Source: Phycisphaeraceae bacterium (GTDB lineage: Bacteria > Planctomycetota > Phycisphaerae > Phycisphaerales > Zrk34). From it: a DNA stretch of 31,767 nt. The notes under the pieces are model-generated. The model saw only the letters and a list, made by a program, of their open reading frames with translations, was not told the origin of the DNA and ran no database searches. Positions 9,352 to 17,929 of the stretch are shown in pieces. Every line of letters begins with the position of its first letter. The first letter of the stretch is position 1. The stretch covers positions 26,601-58,367 of the forward strand of contig JBBDRF010000007.1 of assembly GCA_040905565.1 (NCBI GenBank), given 5' to 3'. The position numbers and the translations under genes are program-made.

Positions 9352-9380
9352 ACACTACCAACGGCCAACTTGAGTGTCAA
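9352..9380 (-). promoter_or_regulatory. Sigma70-type promoter of the HEAT-like gene
   Basis: Minus strand TTGACA-N17-TAGTGT, with a TG extension upstream of the -10. Confidence 0.7.
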
Positions 9381-9447
9381 GGTGTACCTTAACCAATGTC
9401 ACGATCAAGAAACAGTCCGCACTGCCGCAACGCCCCATTATTCCGCG

Positions 9448-9476
9448 TTGACCGCTCCCGTTGGACGGTTTAAGGT
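9448..9476 (+). promoter_or_regulatory. Sigma70-type promoter of rex
   Basis: TTGACC-N17-TAAGGT, 33 nt upstream of the rex ATG. Confidence 0.6.
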
Positions 9477-9509
9477 GATTCATCCTGATTTTCTCTCGCG
9501 AAGAGTTGC

Positions 9510-10142
9510 ATGCCCCGAACACCTCTCGATGTGCCCGATCCTGCCGTCCGGCGTCTGAGCCTGTACCTGCGACAGCTCGAGTCGCTGGAGTACGAACAGG
9601 TGCCGACCGTCTCCAGCCGTCGGCTCGCCGAATCGCTCGGGCTCACCGACGCGCAAGTCCGCAAGGATCTCGGCTATTTCGGGCAGTTCGGACGGCCGGG
9701 CGTCGGATACGAAGTGGCGGCACTCATCCATCGCCTCCGCAAAATTCTCGGCACCGATCGCATCTCCAACACGCTCATGGTCGGCATCGGCAACATCGGC
9801 CGCGCCGTCGCGGCCTACCACGGCTTCCGTGATAAGGGCTTCGAACTGATCGCCCTGTTCGATCGCGATGAGCGGAAGGTCGGCAAAAAAGTCGGTCGGC
9901 TCACCGTGCAGTCGCTTGAAGAGATGGACGCCGTGATCGCCGAGCACAACATCCGGCTGGCGATTCTGGCTGTGCCTGTTGCTGCTGCCCAGGAAGTGGC
10001 GGACCTGCTCATCGAGCGCGGCATCCGCGGCATCCTCAACTTCGCCCCCGTTCAGCTTCGCGTTCCCGAGAACGTCACCGTTCGCCACATCGACGTCGCC
10101 GCCGAGCTTGAACAGCTGGTCTTCCTCACCTCCCTCCGCTAA
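9510..10142 (+). CDS. rex: Redox-sensing transcriptional repressor Rex
   Basis: RRLSLYLR, QVRKDLGYFGQFGRPGVGY winged helix, Rossmann GIGNIG and GILNFAP. Confidence 0.97.
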   Translation: MPRTPLDVPDPAVRRLSLYLRQLESLEYEQVPTVSSRRLAESLGLTDAQVRKDLGYFGQFGRPGVGYEVAALIHRLRKILGTDRISNTLMVGIGNIGRAVAAYHGFRDKGFELIALFDRDERKVGKKVGRLTVQSLEEMDAVIAEHNIRLAILAVPVAAAQEVADLLIERGIRGILNFAPVQLRVPENVTVRHIDVAAELEQLVFLTSLR

Positions 10143-10150
10143 TCGATCGT

Positions 10151-10224
10151 GTGGCACTGGTGGCTTATCCACCAGTGCCCAAGCCGTACGTTAAGCCCAC
10201 TGGTGGACAAGCCACCAGTGCCAC
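10151..10224. repeat. REP-like inverted doublet, family A
   Basis: 10151-10177 GTGGCACTGGTGGCTTATCCACCAGTG and 10198-10224 are reverse complements with 1 mismatch in 27. Each unit is itself a hairpin (CACTGGTGG/CCACCAGTG) with a GTGG foot. Spacer is 20 nt. Confidence 0.85.
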
Positions 10225-10254
10225 GCGCCAATCCACAACCACGTTGCGGCGGTT

Positions 10255-10263
10255 TGTTACAAT
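10255..10263 (+). promoter_or_regulatory. Extended -10 element for probably leaderless mqnE
   Basis: TG-T-TACAAT ends 6 nt before ATG 10270, and there is no SD. Confidence 0.55.
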
Positions 10264-10269
10264 GTGATC

Positions 10270-11415
10270 ATGTTGAACGATGACCTGAACGACATCGCGG
10301 AAAAGGTGGAGGCGGGCGAGCGGCTGACCGCCGACGACGGCAGGCGACTTTTTGCCAGCCGGGACGTCTGGGCCATCGCCGCCATGGCCGACAAAGTACG
10401 CAGGCGCCTGCACGGCAATGTCGCCTACTACAACGTCAATCGCCACTTCAACTACTCCAACGTCTGCGCCCTCAGCTGCAAGTTCTGCGACTTCTATCGC
10501 AAGCGTGGCGAGGACGGGGCCTACGAGTATTCCGTCGAAGATGTCCGCGCTCAGGCTCGGGCGGCGAAGGAGGCGGGGGCCACGGAACTGCATATCGTCG
10601 GCGGGCTGCACCCCTGGCTCCCGATGAGCTACTACACCGACATGCTGCGGGCGATCAAGGACGAGTACCCCGAAATGCACGTGAAGGGCTTCACGGCGGT
10701 CGAACTCGTCCACATGGCACGCATCAGCAAGCGCGGTCGCGATCTCGAAGCCGTGCTCAGTGAACTCAAAGAGGCGGGGCTCGGCTCACTGCCAGGCGGC
10801 GGGGCGGAGGTCTTCGACGATCGCGTGCATGATGAGGTTTTCAAGGGCAAGATCCGCTCGACGCAATGGCTTGAAGTGCACCGCGTCGCGCATCGGCTCG
10901 GGCTGATGTCCAACGCCACCATTCTCTACGGCCACATCGAAAGCATCGAAGATCGCCTGCACCACCTGCTCATTCTGCGGGAAACGCAGGACGAAGCGAT
11001 CGAGGCCGGGCACGCCGGGCGGTTCCAGACCGTCATCCCGCTGCCGTTCATCCCAGGCGAGTCGGAACTGAAGCACCTACCCGGGCCGACGGGGCTTGAC
11101 GATCTGAAAATGCTCGCGATCAGCAGGCTGATGCTCGACAACTTCGCGCACGTCAAAGCGTTCTGGATCATGCAGACGCTTGAGCTGACCTCGCTCGCCT
11201 TGGAGTGCGGCGTCGATGACGTCGACGGCACCGTCGTCTGGTACGACATCACCAAGGTCAAACGCGACGGCAGCACGCATCAGGAAATGACCGTCGGAGG
11301 CCTGAGGCGGGCCATCGTCGACGCCGGCTTTGAACCCGTCGAACGCGACACCCTCTACCGCCGCGTCGAACGCGAGGGCCCCAAGTGGTGGCTACGCGAG
11401 ATGGTTGAAGCGTAA
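10270..11415 (+). CDS. mqnE: Aminofutalosine synthase MqnE (radical SAM, CofH/MqnC/MqnE family)
   Basis: NRHFNYSNVCALSCKFCDF (CxxxCxxC), ELHIVGGLHP, LPGGGAE, NATILYGHIE, HVKAFWIM and PVERDTLY. Confidence 0.88.
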   Translation: MLNDDLNDIAEKVEAGERLTADDGRRLFASRDVWAIAAMADKVRRRLHGNVAYYNVNRHFNYSNVCALSCKFCDFYRKRGEDGAYEYSVEDVRAQARAAKEAGATELHIVGGLHPWLPMSYYTDMLRAIKDEYPEMHVKGFTAVELVHMARISKRGRDLEAVLSELKEAGLGSLPGGGAEVFDDRVHDEVFKGKIRSTQWLEVHRVAHRLGLMSNATILYGHIESIEDRLHHLLILRETQDEAIEAGHAGRFQTVIPLPFIPGESELKHLPGPTGLDDLKMLAISRLMLDNFAHVKAFWIMQTLELTSLALECGVDDVDGTVVWYDITKVKRDGSTHQEMTVGGLRRAIVDAGFEPVERDTLYRRVEREGPKWWLREMVEA

Positions 11416-11440
11416 GATGCGCCACGCGGAAACCGCTTAA

Positions 11441-12055
11441 TTAGTCATCGCGGGTGAGCCGAGTTTCAATGCGGTGAAGGGTGTCGCGGATGTCCAGAAG
11501 CACTTGCTGGTTGGCAAGTTGACCAGGTGACGCAACATCGGAAGGGGTGGCGGACGTCTCGTCACGATCGGCAATGCGGTCGCGCTGATCGAGAACGGTA
11601 TCGCGGAACCCTTCTGTGCCTTCAATGCCAACCACGGATACGAGGGCACCAAGCCCGCCGCTCTGGCCAGCCGTTTCAACGCGGATGCCCTGAAGACCGA
11701 AGTACCGCATGATCGGTCCCTGAAAGATCGCAAGATCCGTGATCTTTTCGAGAGGGATGCTCTTTTCTTCGCGGTTGAGAATGCCGCGGTGCACTTTCAA
11801 GTCGCGCGAAGTCGCGCTCACGCGCAGGCTCGCGTAGTAGCGTTTGTAGTACCAGAAGATGCCGGCAACGCCGGCGCCCAGGAGGATGCCGACGGGGATG
11901 AGGAAAATGGTCACAAAGCACAGAATGCCGACGATCGCGGGCCCGATCGACGCCAGTACGCTTGCATAGATGGGCGCTTCGGGCCGGAAAGTAGCCTCGC
12001 GAAGGACCCGCTCACGTGCCTTCGGCGGCGAGGCGGCAGTATCGGCGGTGCTCAT
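11441..12055 (-). CDS. Membrane protein with bacterial PH (bPH_2/DUF304) domain
   Basis: Two TM helices followed by 'RGILNREEKSIPLEKITDL...QGP.MR.FGL..I.VETAG'. GAGGGG RBS, 21 nt downstream of the aspartate kinase stop. Confidence 0.85.
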   Translation of the reverse strand: MSTADTAASPPKARERVLREATFRPEAPIYASVLASIGPAIVGILCFVTIFLIPVGILLGAGVAGIFWYYKRYYASLRVSATSRDLKVHRGILNREEKSIPLEKITDLAIFQGPIMRYFGLQGIRVETAGQSGGLGALVSVVGIEGTEGFRDTVLDQRDRIADRDETSATPSDVASPGQLANQQVLLDIRDTLHRIETRLTRDD

Positions 12056-12076
12056 CGTGTCCCCTCAAAAACAAAG

Positions 12077-13393
12077 CTACTCCACAAACTCATCGTAGAT
12101 ACTGCGTAGCGCCAGCTCGAAGTCGGCTGCGTTCACGCCCACGATGATGTTCAGTTCGCTGGAGCCCTGATCGATCATGCGGATGTTCACGTTCGCATCG
12201 GCGAGGGCGCGGAAGAGGCGAGCCGCCATGCCGGGCGTCTGCGCCATGCCTCGGCCCACCGTCGCGATCAGCGCCAGGTCCGGGTCGACCTCGACTGAGT
12301 CGGGCTTCACATCGTGCTCAATATCCTCAAGCACGCTCTCCAGCTTCCCTTCCAGTTCGCTGTCGGCAATGATGACGCTGATCGTGTCGATGCCCGAAGG
12401 CATGTGCTCGAAGTTGATGTCGTTCTTCTCGACCGCTTCGAGCAGCCGTCTGGCGAAGCCGACCTGCCCGTTCATCAGCGCCTTTTCGATGCTGATGGCG
12501 GTGAAATCCTTCCGCCCCGCGATGCCGGTGATGATGCCCTTGTGCGTGATGGGGGCTGCATCCTGCACGATGATCGTGCCGGGGCGTTCGGGGCTGTTGG
12601 TGTTGCGGATATTGACGGGGATGCCCGCCTGCCGCACTGGGAAGATCGCTTCATCGTGCAGCACCGTCGCGCCCATGTAGGCCAGCTCGCGCAGCTCACG
12701 GTAGGTGAGCTTCTCGATGTGCTTGGCTTCGGCAATGATGCGGGGGTCGGCCATGAGCAGGCCGTCGACATCGGTCCAGTTCTCGTAGATGTCTGCCGAC
12801 ACACCACGGGCGATGATGGCGCCGGTGATATCCGACCCGCCGCGGGAGAACGTCTTCACCCTGCCGTCGGGCCTGGAGCCGTAGAAGCCTGGGATGACCG
12901 CCCGCTCGTGTTTCTTGAGCCGATCGCGAATCGCTTCGTGCGTCTGCTTCTGGTCGAATCGGCCGCGCTGGTCGAAGTGGATGATCTCCGCCGCGTCGAC
13001 AAAATCGTAGCCGAGCATGTCGGCGAGGATGATGCCGTTGAGGTATTCACCCCGGCTTGCGGTGTAGTCAGCGGTGGCGCCGTCGGCGATGTTCTCGCGC
13101 ACTTCTTCGAGGTGCGGCTGCATGTCCAGCGACAGGCCGAGGTCCTGCACGATCTCGCGATACCGCTCAGCGATAATGGCGAACAGTTCCCCGAATGCCA
13201 CGCCCTGCCTCACGTGCTCATGGCAGAGGTAGAGCAGGTCGGTGATCTTCTGATCCTTCTCCGAACGCTTGCCCGGCGCGGAGGGGATGATGTACCGCCG
13301 ATCCGGATCGGAGAGAACGATGGCTTTGACTTTACGGATTTGCGTGGCGTCGGCGAGGGATGAGCCGCCGAACTTTGCGATCTTGATCGACAT
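12077..13393 (-). CDS. lysC: Aspartate kinase
   Basis: KFGGSS, SRGEYL, RGGSDITG, WTDVDG, ELAYMGA and two C-terminal ACT domains. Confidence 0.93.
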   Translation of the reverse strand: MSIKIAKFGGSSLADATQIRKVKAIVLSDPDRRYIIPSAPGKRSEKDQKITDLLYLCHEHVRQGVAFGELFAIIAERYREIVQDLGLSLDMQPHLEEVRENIADGATADYTASRGEYLNGIILADMLGYDFVDAAEIIHFDQRGRFDQKQTHEAIRDRLKKHERAVIPGFYGSRPDGRVKTFSRGGSDITGAIIARGVSADIYENWTDVDGLLMADPRIIAEAKHIEKLTYRELRELAYMGATVLHDEAIFPVRQAGIPVNIRNTNSPERPGTIIVQDAAPITHKGIITGIAGRKDFTAISIEKALMNGQVGFARRLLEAVEKNDINFEHMPSGIDTISVIIADSELEGKLESVLEDIEHDVKPDSVEVDPDLALIATVGRGMAQTPGMAARLFRALADANVNIRMIDQGSSELNIIVGVNAADFELALRSIYDEFVE

Positions 13394-13515
13394 CGGTCGC
13401 TGGACCTCTCGTGGATGCGTGAGCGTTTGCGGGCCTCTACTCTTTTATAACGGATGAGCCTCAGCCCGCAACGCGCGGCGATAGCGCGCGATGGCGCAGG
13501 ACAATCGGTTTCATA

Positions 13516-13644
13516 ACGAGCCGCGCACGTCAGTAAGCGGTTGTGCGCTGGAGCAGGAGAAATCTCACCGACACGCACAGTCCCAGTACGCCCTGACTTT
13601 GCAGATGCCTTGGACACAACCGCTTCCTCACGGTCGCGGCTCGT
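13516..13644. repeat. REP-like inverted doublet, family B
   Basis: 13516-13545 ACGAGCCGCGCACGTCAGTAAGCGGTTGTG matches the reverse complement of 13615-13644 (ACGAGCCGCGACCGTGAGGAAGCGGTTGTG) at 26/30. A truncated copy lies at 31713-31727. Confidence 0.8.
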
Positions 13645-13672
13645 ATTCTGGCACCTGCGTGTGAACGGCGGT

Positions 13673-15520
13673 TCAGGCCTGTTGCATGGCCGCGGCTCGG
13701 CGGGAGTTCCGCTTGCGATCGGATTCCTTGAGCGAGATCTTGCGCAGGCGGATCGCGGTCGGCGTCAGCTCGACGAGTTCGTCGTCCTCGATGTACTCCA
13801 AGGCACCTTCGAGCGTGAGGCCGCGTGATGCCTTGAGCGTCACCGTGGCTTCCTTGGTGGCGGAGCGGATGTTGTTGAGCTGCTTTTTACGCGTGACGTT
13901 GACGGTGATGTCGTTGTCACGGTTGTGCTCACCGACGACCTGCCCTTCGTAGACGGCGTCGCCGGGCTTGACGAACATCGAGCCGCGGTCGGCGAGGTTT
14001 TCGATGGCGTGGGCCGTGACAGCCCCGGTTTCGGTGGCAATCATCACGCCCTGGCCGCGGCCGACCATCGGACCGAGGTAGTCGCCGTATTCCTCGAAGG
14101 TGGAGTGCACAATCGCGTTGCCGCCCGATGCGGTCAGCAGGCGGGTTCGCAGGCCGATGAGGCCGCGACTGGGAATGCGGAATTCGATGTGCGTAAAGTC
14201 GCCCTTGGCGTCCATCTTGCTCATGATGCCACGTCGTTCGCCGACGAGCTGCATGACGGGGCCGACGTGCTCTTCGGGCACATCGATGGCGAGCAGTTCG
14301 ATGGGCTCCATCTTTCGGCCGTCGATCTCCTTCACGATCACGTGAGGCTTGCCGACGCTGAGCTCGTAGCCCTCCCGCCGCAGGTTCTCAAGCAGGATGC
14401 CGAGGTGCAGCAACCCGCGACCGGCGACCTGGAATACGTCGCCGCTTTCGCCGTCTTCCACACGCAACGCCACGTTCGTCTGCAGCTCTTTCTGCAGCCG
14501 TTCACGCAGCTGGCGGCTGGTCACGTACGTGCCTTCCTGCCCCACGAACGGCGAATCGTTGATGCGGAAAACCATGTCCAGCGTCGGCTCATCAATCTTC
14601 ACCGGCGGCAGTGGCTTCGCATCCTCGATCGATGCCAGCGTATCGCCGATGTCGACCTCGTTCAGGCCAACCACCGCACAGATGTCGCCCACTTCGATCT
14701 GCTGCACCTGCCGCCGGCCGAGGCCGTGGAACTGATGCAGTTGACCGATGCGCTGATTCGAACGGTTGCCGTGACGGTCGATCCGCGTCACCGCCTGCCC
14801 GGCCTTCATCGTCCCCGCGAACACACGACCGATGCCGATTCGCCCGACGTAATCTGAATAATCGAGCGTCGTCACCAGCATCTGCAGCGGTGCGTCGGCA
14901 TCGAGCTTCGGCGCGGGGATGTGCTCGATGATCGCTTCGAACAGCGGATGAATATCCGTACCCGCTTTGTCGACGTCCATGCTCGCCCAGCCGTTCACGC
15001 CGGACGCGTAGACGATGGGGAAATCCATCGCATGCTCATCGTCCGCACCGAGTTCCACGAGCAGGTCGAACACTTCAGAGTGCACCTGATCGGGCCTGGC
15101 TTCGGGGCGGTCCATCTTGTTGACCACCACGATGGGCTTGAGCCCCTGCGCCAGCGCTTTGCCGAGCACGAAGCGCGTCTGAGGCATGGGGCCTTCGAAG
15201 GCGTCAACGATCAGCAGGGCGCCATCGGCCATGGTGAGGACACGTTCGACCTCGCCGCCGAAGTCCGCGTGGCCCGGGGTGTCGAGAATGTTGATGTGGA
15301 AGTCATTGCCTTCACGATCGGTGTACTGGATGGCACAGTTCTTGGAAAGAATCGTGATGCCCCGCTCGCGTTCGATGGGGTTGGAATCCAGGATGCAATC
15401 GCCCATCAACTCGCCGTCGCGGAACTGGCCGCTCTGGCGCAGGAGGGCGTCGACGAGGGTCGTCTTGCCGTGGTCAACGTGCGCAATGATCGCGATATTT
15501 CGGATAGCCTGTGAGGTCAT
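13673..15520 (-). CDS. typA: Translational GTPase TypA/BipA
   Basis: [55 protein letters not shown] and the C-terminal BipA domain. Confidence 0.97.
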   Translation of the reverse strand: MTSQAIRNIAIIAHVDHGKTTLVDALLRQSGQFRDGELMGDCILDSNPIERERGITILSKNCAIQYTDREGNDFHINILDTPGHADFGGEVERVLTMADGALLIVDAFEGPMPQTRFVLGKALAQGLKPIVVVNKMDRPEARPDQVHSEVFDLLVELGADDEHAMDFPIVYASGVNGWASMDVDKAGTDIHPLFEAIIEHIPAPKLDADAPLQMLVTTLDYSDYVGRIGIGRVFAGTMKAGQAVTRIDRHGNRSNQRIGQLHQFHGLGRRQVQQIEVGDICAVVGLNEVDIGDTLASIEDAKPLPPVKIDEPTLDMVFRINDSPFVGQEGTYVTSRQLRERLQKELQTNVALRVEDGESGDVFQVAGRGLLHLGILLENLRREGYELSVGKPHVIVKEIDGRKMEPIELLAIDVPEEHVGPVMQLVGERRGIMSKMDAKGDFTHIEFRIPSRGLIGLRTRLLTASGGNAIVHSTFEEYGDYLGPMVGRGQGVMIATETGAVTAHAIENLADRGSMFVKPGDAVYEGQVVGEHNRDNDITVNVTRKKQLNNIRSATKEATVTLKASRGLTLEGALEYIEDDELVELTPTAIRLRKISLKESDRKRNSRRAAAMQQA

Positions 15521-15690
15521 GGGTCTCAACCGGGTAAAATGAGCCCGTCATGTTAATCTGAGCCGGCACGGTTTCCACAACGATCGCCGTGCGGCGTTGA
15601 GAAGGTGCAGGAGGGGGAGACGGGCGAAGTGGTATCTTAGCGCGGATTCGCCTGTTTCGCCAGTGAAATTTTTTAATTAGGGACGCCCGC

Positions 15691-16599
15691 ATGCACACCG
15701 ACCGATACGCCGCTCCAACTCGCCTGCTCGCGGTGCTGCTCAGCACGCTGGTGCTGAGCTCTGCCTGCGAAGCCGGGGCCGCCGAAGTGCAGCCATTTTT
15801 CGACCGCGCCCCCTGGCACGACGGGCAGGCCGAGGTGAACTTCTACGAGGCCAGCGAGATCCGATACGACGAGCGTCGCACCGCTGAGGAAGCCGTCCTC
15901 ATCTTCGTCAAGGAAGACCATCTGCAGGACGGCCAGGTCAAAGCCGACGACCCGCAGCAAGCCGACCTGCCGGCCGTGAAGCTCAACTGGGTCGTTCAGA
16001 TCCCCACCGGCATCTATACGTATCGTCAGCAAGCATCGGTATTTGTCAATCGCGAGACCAATCAGCCGTACCGGCAGACCTTCGCCAGCCACGAGTGGTG
16101 CGGCAACGTCTTCAAGGAACTTCGCCTGAGCGGTGACGCCGGCTGGCAGTACCGCTGGACCAGCTACTTCGAAGACGAAGGTGAGGGCACGCGGCCTATC
16201 CCGATCGCCACCGAGCACCCCGTCGTCCTCGCCGACGCCCTGCCGATCTACCTCCGAGCCGCTCGGCTGAACCACACGATCAGCGTGCTGCCCTCGCTCC
16301 GCTCGATCCGCGCCACGCCAGACGATTTCAAGCCGACCAACGCCACGATCCGCCTGCTTGATCATCAGCGCATCACCGTGCCCGCGGGGACGTTTGCCGT
16401 TCAACCGGTCACCGTCGATTACGCCGACGGTCGGCAGGATCGGTATCTACTGGAAGTGGGCGCTCGGCGTCGCATCGTCAAGATGGAACTCGCCGACGGG
16501 TCGATCTACGAATTAAGACGTTCCATCCGCACCGATTACTGGAACCGCAACGCACCCGGCGACGAAGCGATGAAAGAAGGCGTCGGCGTGGAAAATTAG
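15691..16599 (+). CDS. Exported/lipoprotein-like conserved hypothetical protein
   Basis: Signal peptide with possible lipobox SSA-C, conserved-looking motifs WHDGQAEVNFY, LIFVKED, IPTGIYTY, EWCG and SYF, and a DUF3108-like 'ITVPAGTF'. Confidence 0.75.
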   Translation: MHTDRYAAPTRLLAVLLSTLVLSSACEAGAAEVQPFFDRAPWHDGQAEVNFYEASEIRYDERRTAEEAVLIFVKEDHLQDGQVKADDPQQADLPAVKLNWVVQIPTGIYTYRQQASVFVNRETNQPYRQTFASHEWCGNVFKELRLSGDAGWQYRWTSYFEDEGEGTRPIPIATEHPVVLADALPIYLRAARLNHTISVLPSLRSIRATPDDFKPTNATIRLLDHQRITVPAGTFAVQPVTVDYADGRQDRYLLEVGARRRIVKMELADGSIYELRRSIRTDYWNRNAPGDEAMKEGVGVEN

Positions 16600-16610
16600 G
16601 GCCACGACAG

Positions 16611-17783
16611 TTAGCGGGCAATCGCCGCTCGCCACCCCCCCACCTCCCGCACCTTCCGCAGTTCACCCAGCAATCGGTCGATCATCTCCGTCGTATGCGT
16701 CGCGAACACCGCCACCCGCAGCGCCCCCGCCGAGCCCAGCCCCGAGTAGACCGGGATGTACGGGACGATGATGCCCTGCCGTCGCAGCGCGTCGTGTATC
16801 TCCCGCATCGCCTCCGCCGCCTGCAGTTCGATCGTCACGATCGGCGCGGGCGATGCCGCGTCCACCTCCACGCCAAGTTCCGCCAGCCCGCTCCGCAGAT
16901 GCTTGACGTTGCGATGAAGCTGCTTGCGAAGCTCCGGCTCATCGCGGGCAATGCGAAGCGCCTCGGCACTCGCCGCCGCGACCCCGCTTGGCAAAGCACT
17001 GGCCCCCGCGAAAATCTGACTGTGCCGACGCAGCCGATCGATGAATGCCGCCTCGCCTGCGATGAGGCCGCCGTACCCGCCGAGCGCCTTGCTGAGCGTG
17101 CCGCCGACGTAGAGGGCCGGCCGGTCGGCGGGCGGATCGTCCTGATTCACCGCATCGGCCAGCGCGAGATGCTCGACGGTGCCCCAGCCGTGCTCGCCGA
17201 GCGTCCCAAAGCCGTGCGCATCGTCGATCAGCATGGCCGCCCCGACGAACGGGCTCAGCCGCTGACGGTAGGCCTCGAGCGGGGCAATTTTTCCCATGGG
17301 GAACAGGCCGTCGGTCAGCAGCAGCGGTCGCGTTTGCGTCGAAAGTTCCGCGAGTTCCCGATCCAAGGCCGTCGGATCGCACGTCGGAAAGTATCTTGCG
17401 GGCAGGTCGGTCATCCGGGCAGCATCGGTCACCGCATAGTGCGAACCGCCGTCAATCAGCAGCACATCAAACCGCGACGCGATCGTCTTCAGCATCGCCG
17501 TCGCGGTGAGATAACCCGACGGCAAACACACCGCCGCCTCGGTTTCAAAGTAGCCTGCCGCCTCACGCTCCAGCGTGATGACCGGTTCACTGTTGCCGAA
17601 GCCCGTGCGGGTCGTCGCGGTGTGCAGGCCGAATGTGCGCAGCGCCCGGCAGCCCGCTTCGATCGGCTCCTCCCGGGCGTGCAGCCCGAGGTAGCTTGTG
17701 CCGCCGAAGTACAGGTAGCGCTCGCCGTCGATCCGCACATGCGCATCGGGCGGACCGTCCATCATCGGCATGCGTTCATCCAT
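16611..17783 (-). CDS. PLP-dependent alpha-oxoamine synthase (BioF/AONS-like, aminotransferase class I/II fold)
   Basis: YLGL, SGY, DG.FPMG, IDDAHG.G and TLSKALG (PLP lysine). Start placed at ATG 17783. Confidence 0.85.
   Translation of the reverse strand: MDERMPMMDGPPDAHVRIDGERYLYFGGTSYLGLHAREEPIEAGCRALRTFGLHTATTRTGFGNSEPVITLEREAAGYFETEAAVCLPSGYLTATAMLKTIASRFDVLLIDGGSHYAVTDAARMTDLPARYFPTCDPTALDRELAELSTQTRPLLLTDGLFPMGKIAPLEAYRQRLSPFVGAAMLIDDAHGFGTLGEHGWGTVEHLALADAVNQDDPPADRPALYVGGTLSKALGGYGGLIAGEAAFIDRLRRHSQIFAGASALPSGVAAASAEALRIARDEPELRKQLHRNVKHLRSGLAELGVEVDAASPAPIVTIELQAAEAMREIHDALRRQGIIVPYIPVYSGLGSAGALRVAVFATHTTEMIDRLLGELRKVREVGGWRAAIAR
16613..16643 (+). repeat. REP-like repeat, family D, overlapping the 3' end of the BioF-like gene
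   Basis: AGCGGGCAATCGCCGCTCGCCACCCCCCCAC matches the reverse complement of 8125-8155 at 27/31. Confidence 0.7.
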
Positions 17784-17805
17784 CACCGCGTGTTCCTGGT
17801 CTTGA

Positions 17806-17845
17806 GGGTGCCCCGGCCAGCGAGCGCTGAGCGAGACGGCCGGGT
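17806..17845 (+). repeat. REP-like palindromic repeat, family C (single copy)
   Basis: GGGTGCCCCGGCCAGCGAGCGCTGAGCGAGACGGCCGGGT is identical (40/40) to the reverse complement of 23537-23576. Confidence 0.85.
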
Positions 17846-17929
17846 CTTCCCCATCATAAGGTTTCCTTGTCCCCCACTGTTGCGGGCACTGGACCTGCCG
17901 CGACATCTGGCAGATCATACCATCGCATC

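Noticed and set aside
9381..9509. Rex autoregulatory operator upstream of rex
   Set aside because: No convincing TTGTGAA-N4-TTCACAA-like palindrome was found.
10151..10224. Repeat-spacer-repeat as a mini-CRISPR
   Set aside because: The units are inverted rather than direct, there are only two, and no cas genes are present.
13394..13672. Possible lysine riboswitch upstream of aspartate kinase (GTAGAGG on the minus strand)
   Set aside because: The motif is only about 45 nt from the start, too short for the ~180-nt aptamer. The rest of the gap is explained by the family B doublet.
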